Of a DNA stretch of 64,000 nt, positions 55,537 to 64,000 are shown piece after piece (position 1 is the stretch's first letter; every line of letters starts with the position of its first letter). Source of the DNA: Myxococcota bacterium (GTDB lineage Bacteria > Myxococcota_A > UBA796 > CAJQPC01); NCBI GenBank assembly GCA_036229005.1, contig JAZAMN010000004.1, positions 64,001 to 128,000 of the forward strand, written 5' to 3'. A program made the translations under genes and the position numbers. Below the pieces are notes generated by a model, which made no database searches, was not told where the DNA came from, and saw nothing but the letters and a program-made list of their open reading frames with translations.

Positions 55537-56124
55537 GTGCGCGCCCAAGCCAAGGCCCAGACCCGCGCCCGCATCCTGGCCCATGCCCGCAGCCTCTTCG
55601 CCGAGCGTGGCTTCCAGGGCACCACCATCTCGGCCATCGCCAAGGCCGCGCAGGTGTCGGTGGGCAGCGTGCACGCCCACTTCGAGGACAAGGACACCCT
55701 GCTGGCCTTCGCCTTCCACGCCGACCTGGACGAGCGGATCGCCCAGGGCTGGCTGCGGGCAGAGGACCTCGCCGACCCCATCGAGCGGCTGCTGGCTCCG
55801 GTCACCGCGCTGCTGGAGTGGTATGCCCAGGACCCCGAGCTGGCCCGGGATCTCGTCTCCCGGAGCCTCTTCGTGAAGGGGGAGGCGCGGGCCGCGTTCG
55901 ACGCGCAGATCGCCGGGTTCACCGCCCGGGTCGCGGGGGAGCTCCACACCGCGCAGGACTGCGGCCACATCGGCGAGGACATCCCGGTGCAGCTCGCCGC
56001 CCACGGCTTCATGGCCGACTACTTCGCCACGCTGCTGGGCGGACTCCGCGAGGATGAGCTCCTGGTCCAAGAGCTCGTGGGCCAGCTCCGGGCGCTCACC
56101 CGGCTGCGCTGCGGGCTGCGCTAG
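55537..56124 (+). CDS. TetR/AcrR family regulator
   Basis: TRARILAHARSLFAERGFQGTTISAIAKAAQVSVGSVHAHFEDK. Confidence 0.9.
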   Translation: MRAQAKAQTRARILAHARSLFAERGFQGTTISAIAKAAQVSVGSVHAHFEDKDTLLAFAFHADLDERIAQGWLRAEDLADPIERLLAPVTALLEWYAQDPELARDLVSRSLFVKGEARAAFDAQIAGFTARVAGELHTAQDCGHIGEDIPVQLAAHGFMADYFATLLGGLREDELLVQELVGQLRALTRLRCGLR

Positions 56125-56183
56125 GGCCCCAGACAGGGTTTCGGGGGGCGGCGCCTTGATGGGGAGGGGAGCTCGGATTAGAA

Positions 56184-56211
56184 AATGAATGTATTCATTG
56201 AATAGATTCAA
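56184..56211. promoter_or_regulatory. Two adjacent palindromic operators TGAAT-NN-ATTCA
   Basis: AATGAAT-GT-ATTCATT (56184-56199) and TTGAAT-AG-ATTCAA (56198-56211), an AT-rich patch just before the monooxygenase SD. Confidence 0.7.
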
Positions 56212-56223
56212 GAGGGAGCCATC

Positions 56224-57318
56224 ATGCACGCCTTGGTCTCAGGAGCCGGCATCGCCGGACTCAGCTTCGCCGCCGCCATGCTTCGTCTGGGCCACCGGGT
56301 CACGCTGGTGGAGCAGGCCCCGGAGCTCCGGGCGGTGGGGGCGGGGATCGTGCTGGCGGCCAACGCGACCGCTTGCCTCTCCTGGGCGGGGATCCCGCTG
56401 GAGGGCCTGGGACGGCCGGTCGGGGGCTTCCGGATCCAGGACCTGCAGGGCCGCAGCCTGGGGGAGACGCTGGAGCTGCCGGGCGGGCACCCGACGCTCT
56501 CGGTGGACCGGGGCGTGCTGCTCGCGCACCTGGCGGCCCACGCAGCGGGTGCAGAGCTGCGCTTTGGACAGCGGATCGTGGACCTCGCTGGGGCCCAGGT
56601 GACGCTGGAGGATGGGAGCACCCTGACGCCGGATGTTGTGGTCGGCGCGGACGGACTGCGCTCCGGCCTCCGCTCCCTGGTCCTGCCCCCGGGGACGGGC
56701 CCGCAGGTGGTGGACTCGGGGCAGGTCTGTTGGCGCGGGCTCTTCCCCACGCAGCCCTCCACGCCGCCGGATCCGGTCGAGTACTGGGGGCGGGGCTCCC
56801 GGGCCGGGCTGGTCCCGCTGGGCCAGGGGCGGGGCTACCTCTACCTGGTCGAGAACGGCGACGGGGAGGGGATGGACGGCCGATTTGGCGACTACCCTGT
56901 GGCCGTGCGGGAGGCCATCGCGGCGGTCTCCAGCTTCCACAAGGACGCGCTGATGGCCGTCGAGCCCCACTGCTTTGTGCGCGACGGGGTGTTCTTCCTG
57001 GGGGACGCGGCCCACGCCCTGACGCCGAACATGGGCCAGGGGGCCTGCATGGCGATCGAGGACGCGGTGCTGCTCGCGGCGCTCCTGGACCAAGACGCCA
57101 CGACGGCTGCGCAGCGCTACCCCAGCCTACGGCGGGAGCGGGTGCGCTGGGTGGCGGACAGCTCGGAACGCATCGGGCGGGTGGGGCAGTGGGAGGGCGG
57201 GCTGGCTTGTGGGCTGCGGGACCTGGTCATGCGCACGACGCCCAAGCGGGTGGGGCAGCAGGTAGCGGCGCGGCTGTGGACCGGCTCGCCGGTAGCCAAG
57301 GGGGAGCTGGGCTCATAG
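56224..57318 (+). CDS. FAD-dependent monooxygenase
   Basis: GAGIAGL, RAVGAGI, GADGLRS, LGDAAHALTPNMGQGACMAIEDA. Confidence 0.9.
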   Translation: MHALVSGAGIAGLSFAAAMLRLGHRVTLVEQAPELRAVGAGIVLAANATACLSWAGIPLEGLGRPVGGFRIQDLQGRSLGETLELPGGHPTLSVDRGVLLAHLAAHAAGAELRFGQRIVDLAGAQVTLEDGSTLTPDVVVGADGLRSGLRSLVLPPGTGPQVVDSGQVCWRGLFPTQPSTPPDPVEYWGRGSRAGLVPLGQGRGYLYLVENGDGEGMDGRFGDYPVAVREAIAAVSSFHKDALMAVEPHCFVRDGVFFLGDAAHALTPNMGQGACMAIEDAVLLAALLDQDATTAAQRYPSLRRERVRWVADSSERIGRVGQWEGGLACGLRDLVMRTTPKRVGQQVAARLWTGSPVAKGELGS

Positions 57319-57346
57319 GATCCGGGCGTTGACCTTGGAGTCTTGG

Positions 57347-57997
57347 ATGAGTGAGCAGCCTTCCTTTGAGCACCTGGAGCGCCACCAGCGCGACCTGGAC
57401 GCGTACCGCAGCAACGTCCGGAACAGCGCGGAGGTCCGCTTCGGCCCCGGCTGGTGGGGCCCCTGGGACCAGTACGTCGACCTGCCCGAGGGCGGCCACA
57501 TCGTCGATCTGGGCTGCGGCCCGGGCACCCTGTTGGGCCGGCTGCGCGCCCGAAACCCCAAGGCCCGGCTCACGGGCGTGGAGCTCCACCCCGCGCTGCT
57601 GGAGGAGGCCCAGCAGCACCTCGCCGACGCCCAGGTCAGCTTGATCCAGGGCGATCTGGCGGTCCCGGTGGTGATCCCCGATGCCTCGGTGGACGTGGTG
57701 GTCTCCTCCCTCTCCTTCCACGAGCTCCCGCACCCCCCGCACCTGCTGGAGAACGCCGCGCGCATCCTCAAGCCGGGCGGCACGCTGGTGCTCTTCGACA
57801 TCGTGAAGTGGCCGCTGTCCGCGTACATGCAGGGCAAGGAGCTCACCCCGGACACGTTGGACCACTACCGCGAGCACTGCCTGTTCTCGCCCGAAGATCT
57901 GGCCTGGCTGGTGCAGGCCCACGGGCTGGAGGTGCAGGAGGTGTTCACGCGGCACTCGGGCAGGTTCGCCTACCTCTTCGCCCAGAAGCCCGCGTAG
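57347..57997 (+). CDS. Class I SAM-dependent methyltransferase
   Basis: IVDLGCGPG, LTGVE, SVDVVVS..SFHE, RILKPGG.LVL.D. Confidence 0.9.
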   Translation: MSEQPSFEHLERHQRDLDAYRSNVRNSAEVRFGPGWWGPWDQYVDLPEGGHIVDLGCGPGTLLGRLRARNPKARLTGVELHPALLEEAQQHLADAQVSLIQGDLAVPVVIPDASVDVVVSSLSFHELPHPPHLLENAARILKPGGTLVLFDIVKWPLSAYMQGKELTPDTLDHYREHCLFSPEDLAWLVQAHGLEVQEVFTRHSGRFAYLFAQKPA

Positions 57998-58039
57998 ATC
58001 CCGGCCCACCGTCCATCGACGAGGACAGGCTGAGCGCGC

Positions 58040-58699
58040 TCACCCGAAGCGCGCCCGGGCGCCCGCCCACAGGGTCTCGAGCTGGCTGCGGTACATGGGC
58101 CCGATGGCCTGGGGGCTGCTCTGGGCCAGCAGCAGGGGCACCCCAAAGAAGATGGACGCGGCCGCCAAGGTCAGCTCCATCACGGGGGTGTCCGGGGGGA
58201 GCTCGCCGGCCTGGATGGCCTGGGTGATCCACAGGGGGAGCAGCTCGCCGAGGCCCTGGTCGGACACGGTGGCGGCCTTGGGGTGGTCGTCCAGCCAGAG
58301 CAGGCGCTCGACCAGCTCTACGGGGGGCGTCTGCGTGCCCTGGGTCCACCGGGCCTGGTGGGCGATCAGGCTGAGCATGACGCGCGGGTGCTCCTGGACC
58401 TGCTCGGCGCTGGCCGCGTAGAAGGCGTGGATGCTCTCCAGGGGCCCGAGCTGGGCGCTCTGGAGGGCCACGACCCCCATGCGCAGGCTCCAGAGCTGCA
58501 CAAAGTGTGTGAGCAGGTCCGGCTTGGTGGGGAAGTAGTTGAAGAAGGTGGGCTGGGAGATCTCGGCGGCCTCGCAGAGCTCGCGGACGGGGATGTCCTC
58601 CAGCTCGCGCTCGCTCAGGCGGGGCACCAGGGCCTCCACCAGAGCGACGCGGGTCTTGGCGCGGTTTCGGTCGCGGAGGCCGTGGTCCATGAATCGCAT
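58040..58699 (-). CDS. TetR/AcrR family regulator
   Basis: GLRDRNRAKTR, VRELCEAAEISQPTFFNYFPTK. Confidence 0.88.
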   Translation of the reverse strand: MRFMDHGLRDRNRAKTRVALVEALVPRLSERELEDIPVRELCEAAEISQPTFFNYFPTKPDLLTHFVQLWSLRMGVVALQSAQLGPLESIHAFYAASAEQVQEHPRVMLSLIAHQARWTQGTQTPPVELVERLLWLDDHPKAATVSDQGLGELLPLWITQAIQAGELPPDTPVMELTLAAASIFFGVPLLLAQSSPQAIGPMYRSQLETLWAGARARFG

Positions 58700-58715
58700 T
58701 CCGGCAATGTAGGGC

Positions 58716-59351
58716 TCAGAGCCAGAGGGTGCACCCCACCCCGAAGAACATCGGGGCGGTCCGGCTCCCGCCGCGCCAGGGGGTGTCCAGTCCGGCCCGG
58801 GCGCTGAGCTCCACGCCGTCGCTGACCCGGCGCGCGCCCTGCACGGCCACGGACGCGAGGCCCCCGCTGGGCCCGTACCAGGCGGCGCTGGCGTCCGGGT
58901 GGTCCCGCACCCAGGCCTCCTGCGGGCGGAGCTGGCTGACCAGGTTGGCCGAGCCGCCCAGCTCCAGGGCCACAAAGCCCCGCTCCCACCGCGCCCCGGC
59001 GATGGCCTGGGCGTGCAGCGAGAGGGTCTCCCCGGCGATCAGCGTCCCCGACAGGTGCTGCTCCCGAGCGGCCACGCGCCCGTCCACAAAGAAGCGCTCG
59101 CCCCGGGCGATGGGGGTGCGCGCGGACAGCTCCAGGCGGTGGTCGGCGCCCTCCAGCAGGAACACGGGCACCGTGAGGGTGGCGCCCAGGCTCAGGGGCC
59201 GGCTGGGCAGGCTGCGGGTGTGCAGGACGCCCGCGCTGGCGGTGGCCAGCGGCTCGCCGCCGACGCTGAGCAGGGCGCGGGTTCCGGGGTCGGTGGGCGG
59301 AAGGGTGACCTCGACGGCGGAGGCCATTGCGACCAGGGCGAGCCACATCAC
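58716..59351 (-). CDS. Hypothetical secreted protein (beta-strand rich)
   Basis: Signal MMWLALVAMASA; coupled to the upstream hydrolase stop. Confidence 0.6.
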   Translation of the reverse strand: MMWLALVAMASAVEVTLPPTDPGTRALLSVGGEPLATASAGVLHTRSLPSRPLSLGATLTVPVFLLEGADHRLELSARTPIARGERFFVDGRVAAREQHLSGTLIAGETLSLHAQAIAGARWERGFVALELGGSANLVSQLRPQEAWVRDHPDASAAWYGPSGGLASVAVQGARRVSDGVELSARAGLDTPWRGGSRTAPMFFGVGCTLWL

Positions 59352-60247
59352 AGCACCCCCAGGAGGTGAGCCACGACGGCGTCGGCGGCCACCCAGACCG
59401 CATCGTGCCCGACCCCCTCCAGCGTGAGGACCTGCGGGTCCGAGAAGGGGGCGGCCTGCTCGGCGCGATAGTCGGCGTCCATGATCTCGTTGTCGTCGCC
59501 CCAGATCAGGTGGACGGGGGCGGGCAGCGTGTCCAGGCCCTCGCGGAAGTCCCAGCCGCTGGCCTGCGCGGCGCCGATGGTGTCGACGTAGCCCTGGTAG
59601 CCCATGCGCACGAAGGGCATGGGGTCGTCGGGAGAGAAGTTGTAGCCGGGGAGCTGGTCGCTCATGAGCTGGGCGAAGTTGAGGTCCAGGTGGGCGTGCC
59701 GGTCCGGGGTCAGCATCTGCTCCTGCCAGAACAGGGAGTTGAGGTGATCGGAGCGCATGTCGATCTCGGTCAACCCCATGGTCATGAACAGGGCGTCCGT
59801 GAACGGGCCGGGATCGAGCAGCACCAGCGAGGACACCGTGTCCGGGTGGGCCTGGGCGCTGGCGACGGCGAGCTGACCACCCCAGGAGTGGCCGATCAGC
59901 ACGGCCTGGCCATCGGGGCTGTACGCCGCGATGAGGTCCTGGAGGTCCTGCACGTGGAGCTCGGCGTCCACGCTGCCGGCGTCGTGGCGCTCGGACAGGC
60001 CGGCCCCGCGCTGGTCGTAGATCAGGACCTGGAAGCCGTGCTCGCTCAGGGCGCCCAGGCGCGCCATCCCGAACTGGTCCATGCCGGGACCGCCGTGGAG
60101 CAGCACGACCAGCGGGTCGGCGGGGTCGCCCAGGAGCTGGCCGTGGAGGGTGGTGTCGGCGAGGGTCAGGCGGGGGAGGGTGGGGTCCTCTGCGACGGTG
60201 GGCGGGACCAGGGTCTGGGTGCTTGTGCAGGCCATCAGGAGCAGCAT
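59348..60247 (-). CDS. Alpha/beta hydrolase lipoprotein (proline iminopeptidase-like)
   Basis: MLLLMAC lipobox; LLHGGPG, YDQRGAG.S, GHSWGG, IWGDD, GVGH. Confidence 0.85.
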   Translation of the reverse strand: MLLLMACTSTQTLVPPTVAEDPTLPRLTLADTTLHGQLLGDPADPLVVLLHGGPGMDQFGMARLGALSEHGFQVLIYDQRGAGLSERHDAGSVDAELHVQDLQDLIAAYSPDGQAVLIGHSWGGQLAVASAQAHPDTVSSLVLLDPGPFTDALFMTMGLTEIDMRSDHLNSLFWQEQMLTPDRHAHLDLNFAQLMSDQLPGYNFSPDDPMPFVRMGYQGYVDTIGAAQASGWDFREGLDTLPAPVHLIWGDDNEIMDADYRAEQAAPFSDPQVLTLEGVGHDAVWVAADAVVAHLLGVL

Positions 60248-60324
60248 GGTGAGAATCCTTGGGTGGACTCTAAATATAGTGAGCATAAAAAATATAGCAA
60301 GGTACAAAATTGGGAGAGATCGGG

Positions 60325-60593
60325 GCGCAAGTGGGGGCGAACGCACGCGCTCGCTGCGCAAGTGGGGTCGAACGCACACACTCGCTGCGCAAGTGGGCGC
60401 CAACGCACACACTCGCTGCGCAAGTGAGCTCCAACGCAACAGAGCGACCCCCAAAGCTGCGTGGAAGGGGCGGCGCTGTTGCGTTCAGCCCAACTTGCGC
60501 GCGGCGCTGTTGCGTTCAGCCCGACTTGCGCACGGGCCTGTTGCGTTCAGCCCGACTTGCGCGCGGGTCTGTTGCGTTCAGCCTGACTTGCGC
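60325..60593. repeat. Inverted pair of 31-bp-period repeat arrays (4+4 units; core GCGCAAGT-N7-AACGCA)
   Basis: Left units at 60325, 60356, 60387, 60418. Inverted units (CTGTTGCGTTCAGCC..ACTTGCGC) at 60476, 60507, 60538, 60569. Confidence 0.9.
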
Positions 60594-60615
60594 GCGGCCT
60601 CCCCCCAAAGGGAGC

Positions 60616-61662
60616 TCAGAAGCGCAGCTTGTACCGAAGCTGGGCGCCCCAGTTGTCGCGCCCCCCGGCCCGCTCTTCACCGAATGCCTCGATGTTCCAG
60701 GAGCCGCCGTCGCTCTCGTTGCCGAAGCTGGTGCCTGCGGTGGCGCGCCAGGTGTCGTCCGAGTTGTACTGGCCGGTGGCGTAGTAGGAGGCGTTGCCGC
60801 CGTCGCCGTACTTGCCGCGCACCTCGGCGCCCAGGGAGTTCAGGGTCTTGTCGTCCTCCGTGACGCTCTGGCCAAAGAGCCGGGCGCTCAGGGAGTCGTT
60901 CTGGTAGGTCGCGGCCAGGGCGGCGGCGGTGCGCTCGTCGGAGTGGCTGTAGCTGCCCTCCAGGCCGTAGATCCCGCTGTCGGCGGTGTGCCTGATGTTG
61001 CCGTCCACCGAGTAGCTGCCGTCATCGACCGTGTAGGCGCCGTTGAGGGCCGCGGTCGTGTTGCCGCCCTGGTATCGGTAGCCCGCGGTGACCTCGCGGA
61101 CGGCGATGTCCAGGGTGCTGCCCAGGTCCAGGCCGGCCAGGATCGCGTGGCCTCCGCCCAGCCCCATCTTGTGCTCGACGGTGGGGATGTCCTGGTTGGT
61201 CAGGATGTAGGTGGCCACGCCCGCCAGGGCGGCCGCCAGCATGGAGTAGGGGGACCCCATGGCGTAGTCGGAGATCGCGTCGGTCACGCCGGTGTCGGCG
61301 ATCAGCTCGTTGACGCGAGGCTCCAGGGCCTGCTTGAGGGCGTCGCCGAACTGCCTGGCGATCGCCTGCTCGGAGGGCTCGGCCTGGGAGACCAGCCAGT
61401 CGCGCACGGAGCCGAAGGCGTCGTCGACCGCGCCCTGGGCCAGCTTCTCCAGCTTGTCGCGAGAGAGCTCCTTGTTGACCACCTTGAAGAGCTCGCCGCC
61501 CAGGAAGCTGCCCAGGGCCTGCTCGTAGGTCTGCTTGGCGCTCTGCAGCTTGAGCTGCTCGGCGTTGAAGGCGTTGTCACCCACCTGCGTGGGGGTGGCG
61601 GTCTCCACCACGGGCGTGGCGGTGGCCTGGGTTGTGCTCTGGCGCTGGGTCTGGGCGGGCAT
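60616..61662 (-). CDS. Hypothetical protein with a C-terminal amphipathic beta-strand region
   Basis: High-GC3 ORF; Q/T-rich N-terminus, helical middle, alternating beta strands ending YKLRF. Confidence 0.65.
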   Translation of the reverse strand: MPAQTQRQSTTQATATPVVETATPTQVGDNAFNAEQLKLQSAKQTYEQALGSFLGGELFKVVNKELSRDKLEKLAQGAVDDAFGSVRDWLVSQAEPSEQAIARQFGDALKQALEPRVNELIADTGVTDAISDYAMGSPYSMLAAALAGVATYILTNQDIPTVEHKMGLGGGHAILAGLDLGSTLDIAVREVTAGYRYQGGNTTAALNGAYTVDDGSYSVDGNIRHTADSGIYGLEGSYSHSDERTAAALAATYQNDSLSARLFGQSVTEDDKTLNSLGAEVRGKYGDGGNASYYATGQYNSDDTWRATAGTSFGNESDGGSWNIEAFGEERAGGRDNWGAQLRYKLRF

Positions 61663-61731
61663 GCGCGTTCCCTTCGGTGCTTCGCCCTAATATAGCGGCC
61701 CGGAGCCCCCTGCCGAGCAGGGAATCTGCCC

Positions 61732-61751
61732 GAGGCCCTTTCGGGGGCCTC
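61732..61751. terminator. GC hairpin with TTCG loop downstream of msrB
   Basis: GAGGCCCT-TTCG-GGGGCCTC, 17 bp beyond the msrB stop. Confidence 0.5.
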
Positions 61752-61768
61752 TCACATCTGGGTTTCAT

Positions 61769-62266
61769 TCAGCCGTAGGGGGTGGGCTCCGGCTCCGCCT
61801 GGCGCGCGCGGTGGGCGCTCAGGACCTCCTGCACGTCGGAGCCCTCGGGCACGAACACCACCGCGTACCCGTTGACGCAGTGGCGCGTCCCGGTGGGCGT
61901 CTGCGGGGCGTCCTGGAAGATGTGGCCCAGGTGTCCGTCGCAGCGGCTGCAGCGCATCTCCGTGCGGATCCGGCCGTGGCTGGTGTCGCGGTAGGTGCGG
62001 ACCGCGCCCGGGGTGACCTCGTCGAAGAAGCTGGGCCAGCCGCAGCCCGAGTGGAACTTGTGCTGGGCGGTGTAGAGCGCCTGCCCGCAGCCGGCGCAGT
62101 GGTACATCCCGGCCTCCTCGTTGTCCAGGTAGCGGCCGGTCCCGGCGGGCTCCGTCGCGGCGTGGCGCAGGATGCGGTACTCGGTGGGGCTCAGAAGCTG
62201 CTGCCAGGTGGCGTCCTGGATGGCGGTGGCGTCGAGCTTGGGGTCCTGGGCGGGATCTTGGGCCAT
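61769..62266 (-). CDS. msrB: Peptide-methionine (R)-S-oxide reductase
   Basis: ATE.AGTG, YHCAGCG, KFHSGCGWPSF, RTEMRCSRCDGHLGHIF.D, RHCVN. Confidence 0.93.
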   Translation of the reverse strand: MAQDPAQDPKLDATAIQDATWQQLLSPTEYRILRHAATEPAGTGRYLDNEEAGMYHCAGCGQALYTAQHKFHSGCGWPSFFDEVTPGAVRTYRDTSHGRIRTEMRCSRCDGHLGHIFQDAPQTPTGTRHCVNGYAVVFVPEGSDVQEVLSAHRARQAEPEPTPYG

Positions 62267-62357
62267 GCAAACACTCCTGCGAATGTGGGCCATGAGCGCT
62301 TCGGGTTTGCGCCGGGCGGTCTCAACGATAGCCCCGATGCAGCGCCTGGAGCCGCCC

Positions 62358-63026
62358 ATGCCCGAGATCGTCCTTCACCACCTGGAATACTCCCGCTCGA
62401 CCCGCATCCTCTGGCTGCTGGAGGAGCTGGGGCTGGACTACACAATCCAGCGCTACGAGCGCGACGCGAACTTCCGGGCCGATCCCGCCCTCAAGCAGGT
62501 CCACCCCCTGGGCAAGGCCCCCGTGCTGGTGGTCGACGGCCTGGCCTTGGCCGAGTCGGGCGCCATCATGGAGTACGTCACCGCGCACCTGGCCGACGGT
62601 CGCCTGCGCCCCAGCGACCCCGTGGCCCTCCACCAGTTCCACTACTGGCTGCACTTTGCCGAGGGCACGCTGATGCCCACCCTGCTCATGAGCTTGGTGC
62701 ACACCAAGGCCCTGGGGGCCGTGCCCTTCTTCATCAAGTCGGTCGCCAAGGCCGTGCTCGGGGCCATCGGCAAGAACTTCTCGGACCCCGAGATCCGCAA
62801 GAACATGGGCTTCCTGGATCAGACCCTGGCCCAGGGGGGCCCTTGGATCCTGGGGGAGGAGCTGACCGCGGCCGACATGCAGCTCTGCTATCCCGCCGAG
62901 GCCGGCCTCTCCCGTGCACCACGGGGCAGCAGCTTCCCCGCGGTCGAGGACTGGCTGGGCCGAATCCGCGCCCGCCCCGCCTACCAGCGCGCCCTCGAGA
63001 AGGGCGGCCCCACCATGCCGGGCTAG
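62358..63026 (+). CDS. Glutathione S-transferase
   Basis: LHHLEYSRSTRILWLLEELG, HPLGKAP, LAESGAI, WLHFAEG, AAD, ARPAYQRA. Confidence 0.92.
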   Translation: MPEIVLHHLEYSRSTRILWLLEELGLDYTIQRYERDANFRADPALKQVHPLGKAPVLVVDGLALAESGAIMEYVTAHLADGRLRPSDPVALHQFHYWLHFAEGTLMPTLLMSLVHTKALGAVPFFIKSVAKAVLGAIGKNFSDPEIRKNMGFLDQTLAQGGPWILGEELTAADMQLCYPAEAGLSRAPRGSSFPAVEDWLGRIRARPAYQRALEKGGPTMPG

Positions 63027-63055
63027 GCGGGGCCGCGGTCCTCAGACCCAGGGCC

Positions 63056-64000
63056 TCAGATCAGGCCCTTGAGCACCGCCAGCACCTGGTCGATGTCGGC
63101 CTCGGTGTGGGCGGCGTTGATCTGGAAGCGGATGCACTGATCGCCCTGGGGCACCACCGGGAAGTTCAGGCCCACCACCAGCACGCCGCCGTCCGTGAAG
63201 CCTTGGACCATGGCCCGGGTCTTCTCGGTGTCGCGCACCATCAGGGGCACCACGGGGTGCTCGCCGGGGATGCTCTCCAGGCCCAGGTCGGCCAGCCCCT
63301 GACGGAACTGGGCGATGCGGGCCTGCACGTTCTCCAGCCGCTCGATGCCCTCGGGCGAGTCCGCGATGTCCACGGCGGCCTTGGCGGCGGCGCAGTCGGC
63401 CACGGACAGGGGGTTGGTGTAGATGTAGGTGTCGGCCTTCTGGCGCACGGCCTCGACCACGGCCTCGCTGGCGGCCACGAAGCCGCCGTTCACGCCGAAG
63501 GCCTTGCCGAAGGTGCCGACCACGATGTCCACCTGCTCGCCGCAGATCTCCTCGGTGCCGCGGCCGGTGGCCCCGTAGGCGCCGATGCCGTGGGAGTCGT
63601 CGACCACGGTGACCAGGCCCTCGGCGAAGCGCTCGCGGTGGGGGGCCAGGATGCGGTTGATCTCCGCGATGGGGGCGTGGTCGCCGCGCATGGAGAACAC
63701 GCCGTCAAAGATGACGACCACGCGCTCGATGCCCTCGGGCACGGACTCGATGGCGGCCTTCAGCTCGGCCATGTCGTTGTGCTTGAAGATGGCCTTGTTG
63801 GCCCGGGGCACGCCGGCGATGCGCATCGCGCGGATGATGCAGTTGTGGTTCAGCTCGTCCCCGATCCAGAAGGTCTTCTTGTTCTGGAGGGCCAGGGCCA
63901 GCCCCAGGTTGGTCGTGTACGCCGAGTTGAAGATCTTGGCGGCGGGCCTCCCGCAGAAGGCCGCGATGCGGTCCTCCAGCTCCACGTGCGCGGAGAAGGT
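63056..64000 (-). CDS. Class II PLP aminotransferase (glycine C-acetyltransferase / 8-amino-7-oxononanoate synthase family), 5' truncated
   Basis: DELNHNCII, DGVFSMRGD, VDDSHG, GTFGKAFG, FPVVP.G...IRFQ. The frame runs off the window end. Confidence 0.88.
   Translation of the reverse strand, partial: TFSAHVELEDRIAAFCGRPAAKIFNSAYTTNLGLALALQNKKTFWIGDELNHNCIIRAMRIAGVPRANKAIFKHNDMAELKAAIESVPEGIERVVVIFDGVFSMRGDHAPIAEINRILAPHRERFAEGLVTVVDDSHGIGAYGATGRGTEEICGEQVDIVVGTFGKAFGVNGGFVAASEAVVEAVRQKADTYIYTNPLSVADCAAAKAAVDIADSPEGIERLENVQARIAQFRQGLADLGLESIPGEHPVVPLMVRDTEKTRAMVQGFTDGGVLVVGLNFPVVPQGDQCIRFQINAAHTEADIDQVLAVLKGLI

Noticed and set aside
60268..60310. AT-rich patch with repeated AAATATAG upstream of the hydrolase-tetR operon
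   Set aside because: Probably a promoter or TetR operator, but the dyad is too imperfect to define a site.
60325..60593. 31-bp arrays (also 40316-40582) as CRISPR or TIGR guide arrays
   Set aside because: The period is too short for CRISPR, the arms are inverted rather than unidirectional, and I see no box C/D-like motifs or adjacent cas/Nop-domain gene. Kept only as unexplained repeats.

Overview
A 64-kb, very GC-rich bacterial chromosomal segment. A MYXO-CTERM sorting signal, MopE-type repeat lipoproteins, a DUF4157 protein and a TonB_C-fused receptor suggest Myxococcota or a relative (inference). It holds about 55 genes and one RNA gene, tmRNA (3398-3777, tag ANNNNNFALAA). Directly after the tmRNA lies a ~9-10 kb defence-like island with no integrase visible: type I R-M hsdM-hsdS-hsdR, a small coupled ORF, a YgjP/SprT-like HEXXH protein and an ABC-ATPase-TOPRIM (OLD-like) nuclease. 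The rest mixes housekeeping genes (acnB, amt, pip, queD, trhO, trmO, msrB, GST, kbl-like) with accessory genes. Highlights: (1) a surface lipoprotein with a Cys/Asp-rich repeat stalk ending in a complete animal-type olfactomedin domain (28899-31157); (2) repeated ultra-short signal peptides with no basic n-region (e.g. MLLLLAC), three of them bounded by in-frame stops; (3) two intergenic elements of different sequence that share one architecture, inverted arrays of 21-bp cores at exact 31-bp period (40316-40582, 60325-60593); (4) a 1.5-kb palindromic ~280-bp tandem array bounded by a 21-bp inverted repeat; (5) a DUF4157/eCIS-type candidate toxin, an orphan CrtU/CruE-like Rieske-flavoprotein, and a cytochrome c fused to a copper-monooxygenase-like domain that seems to lack its copper ligands. 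All family assignments come from motif recognition by eye; no searches were run.
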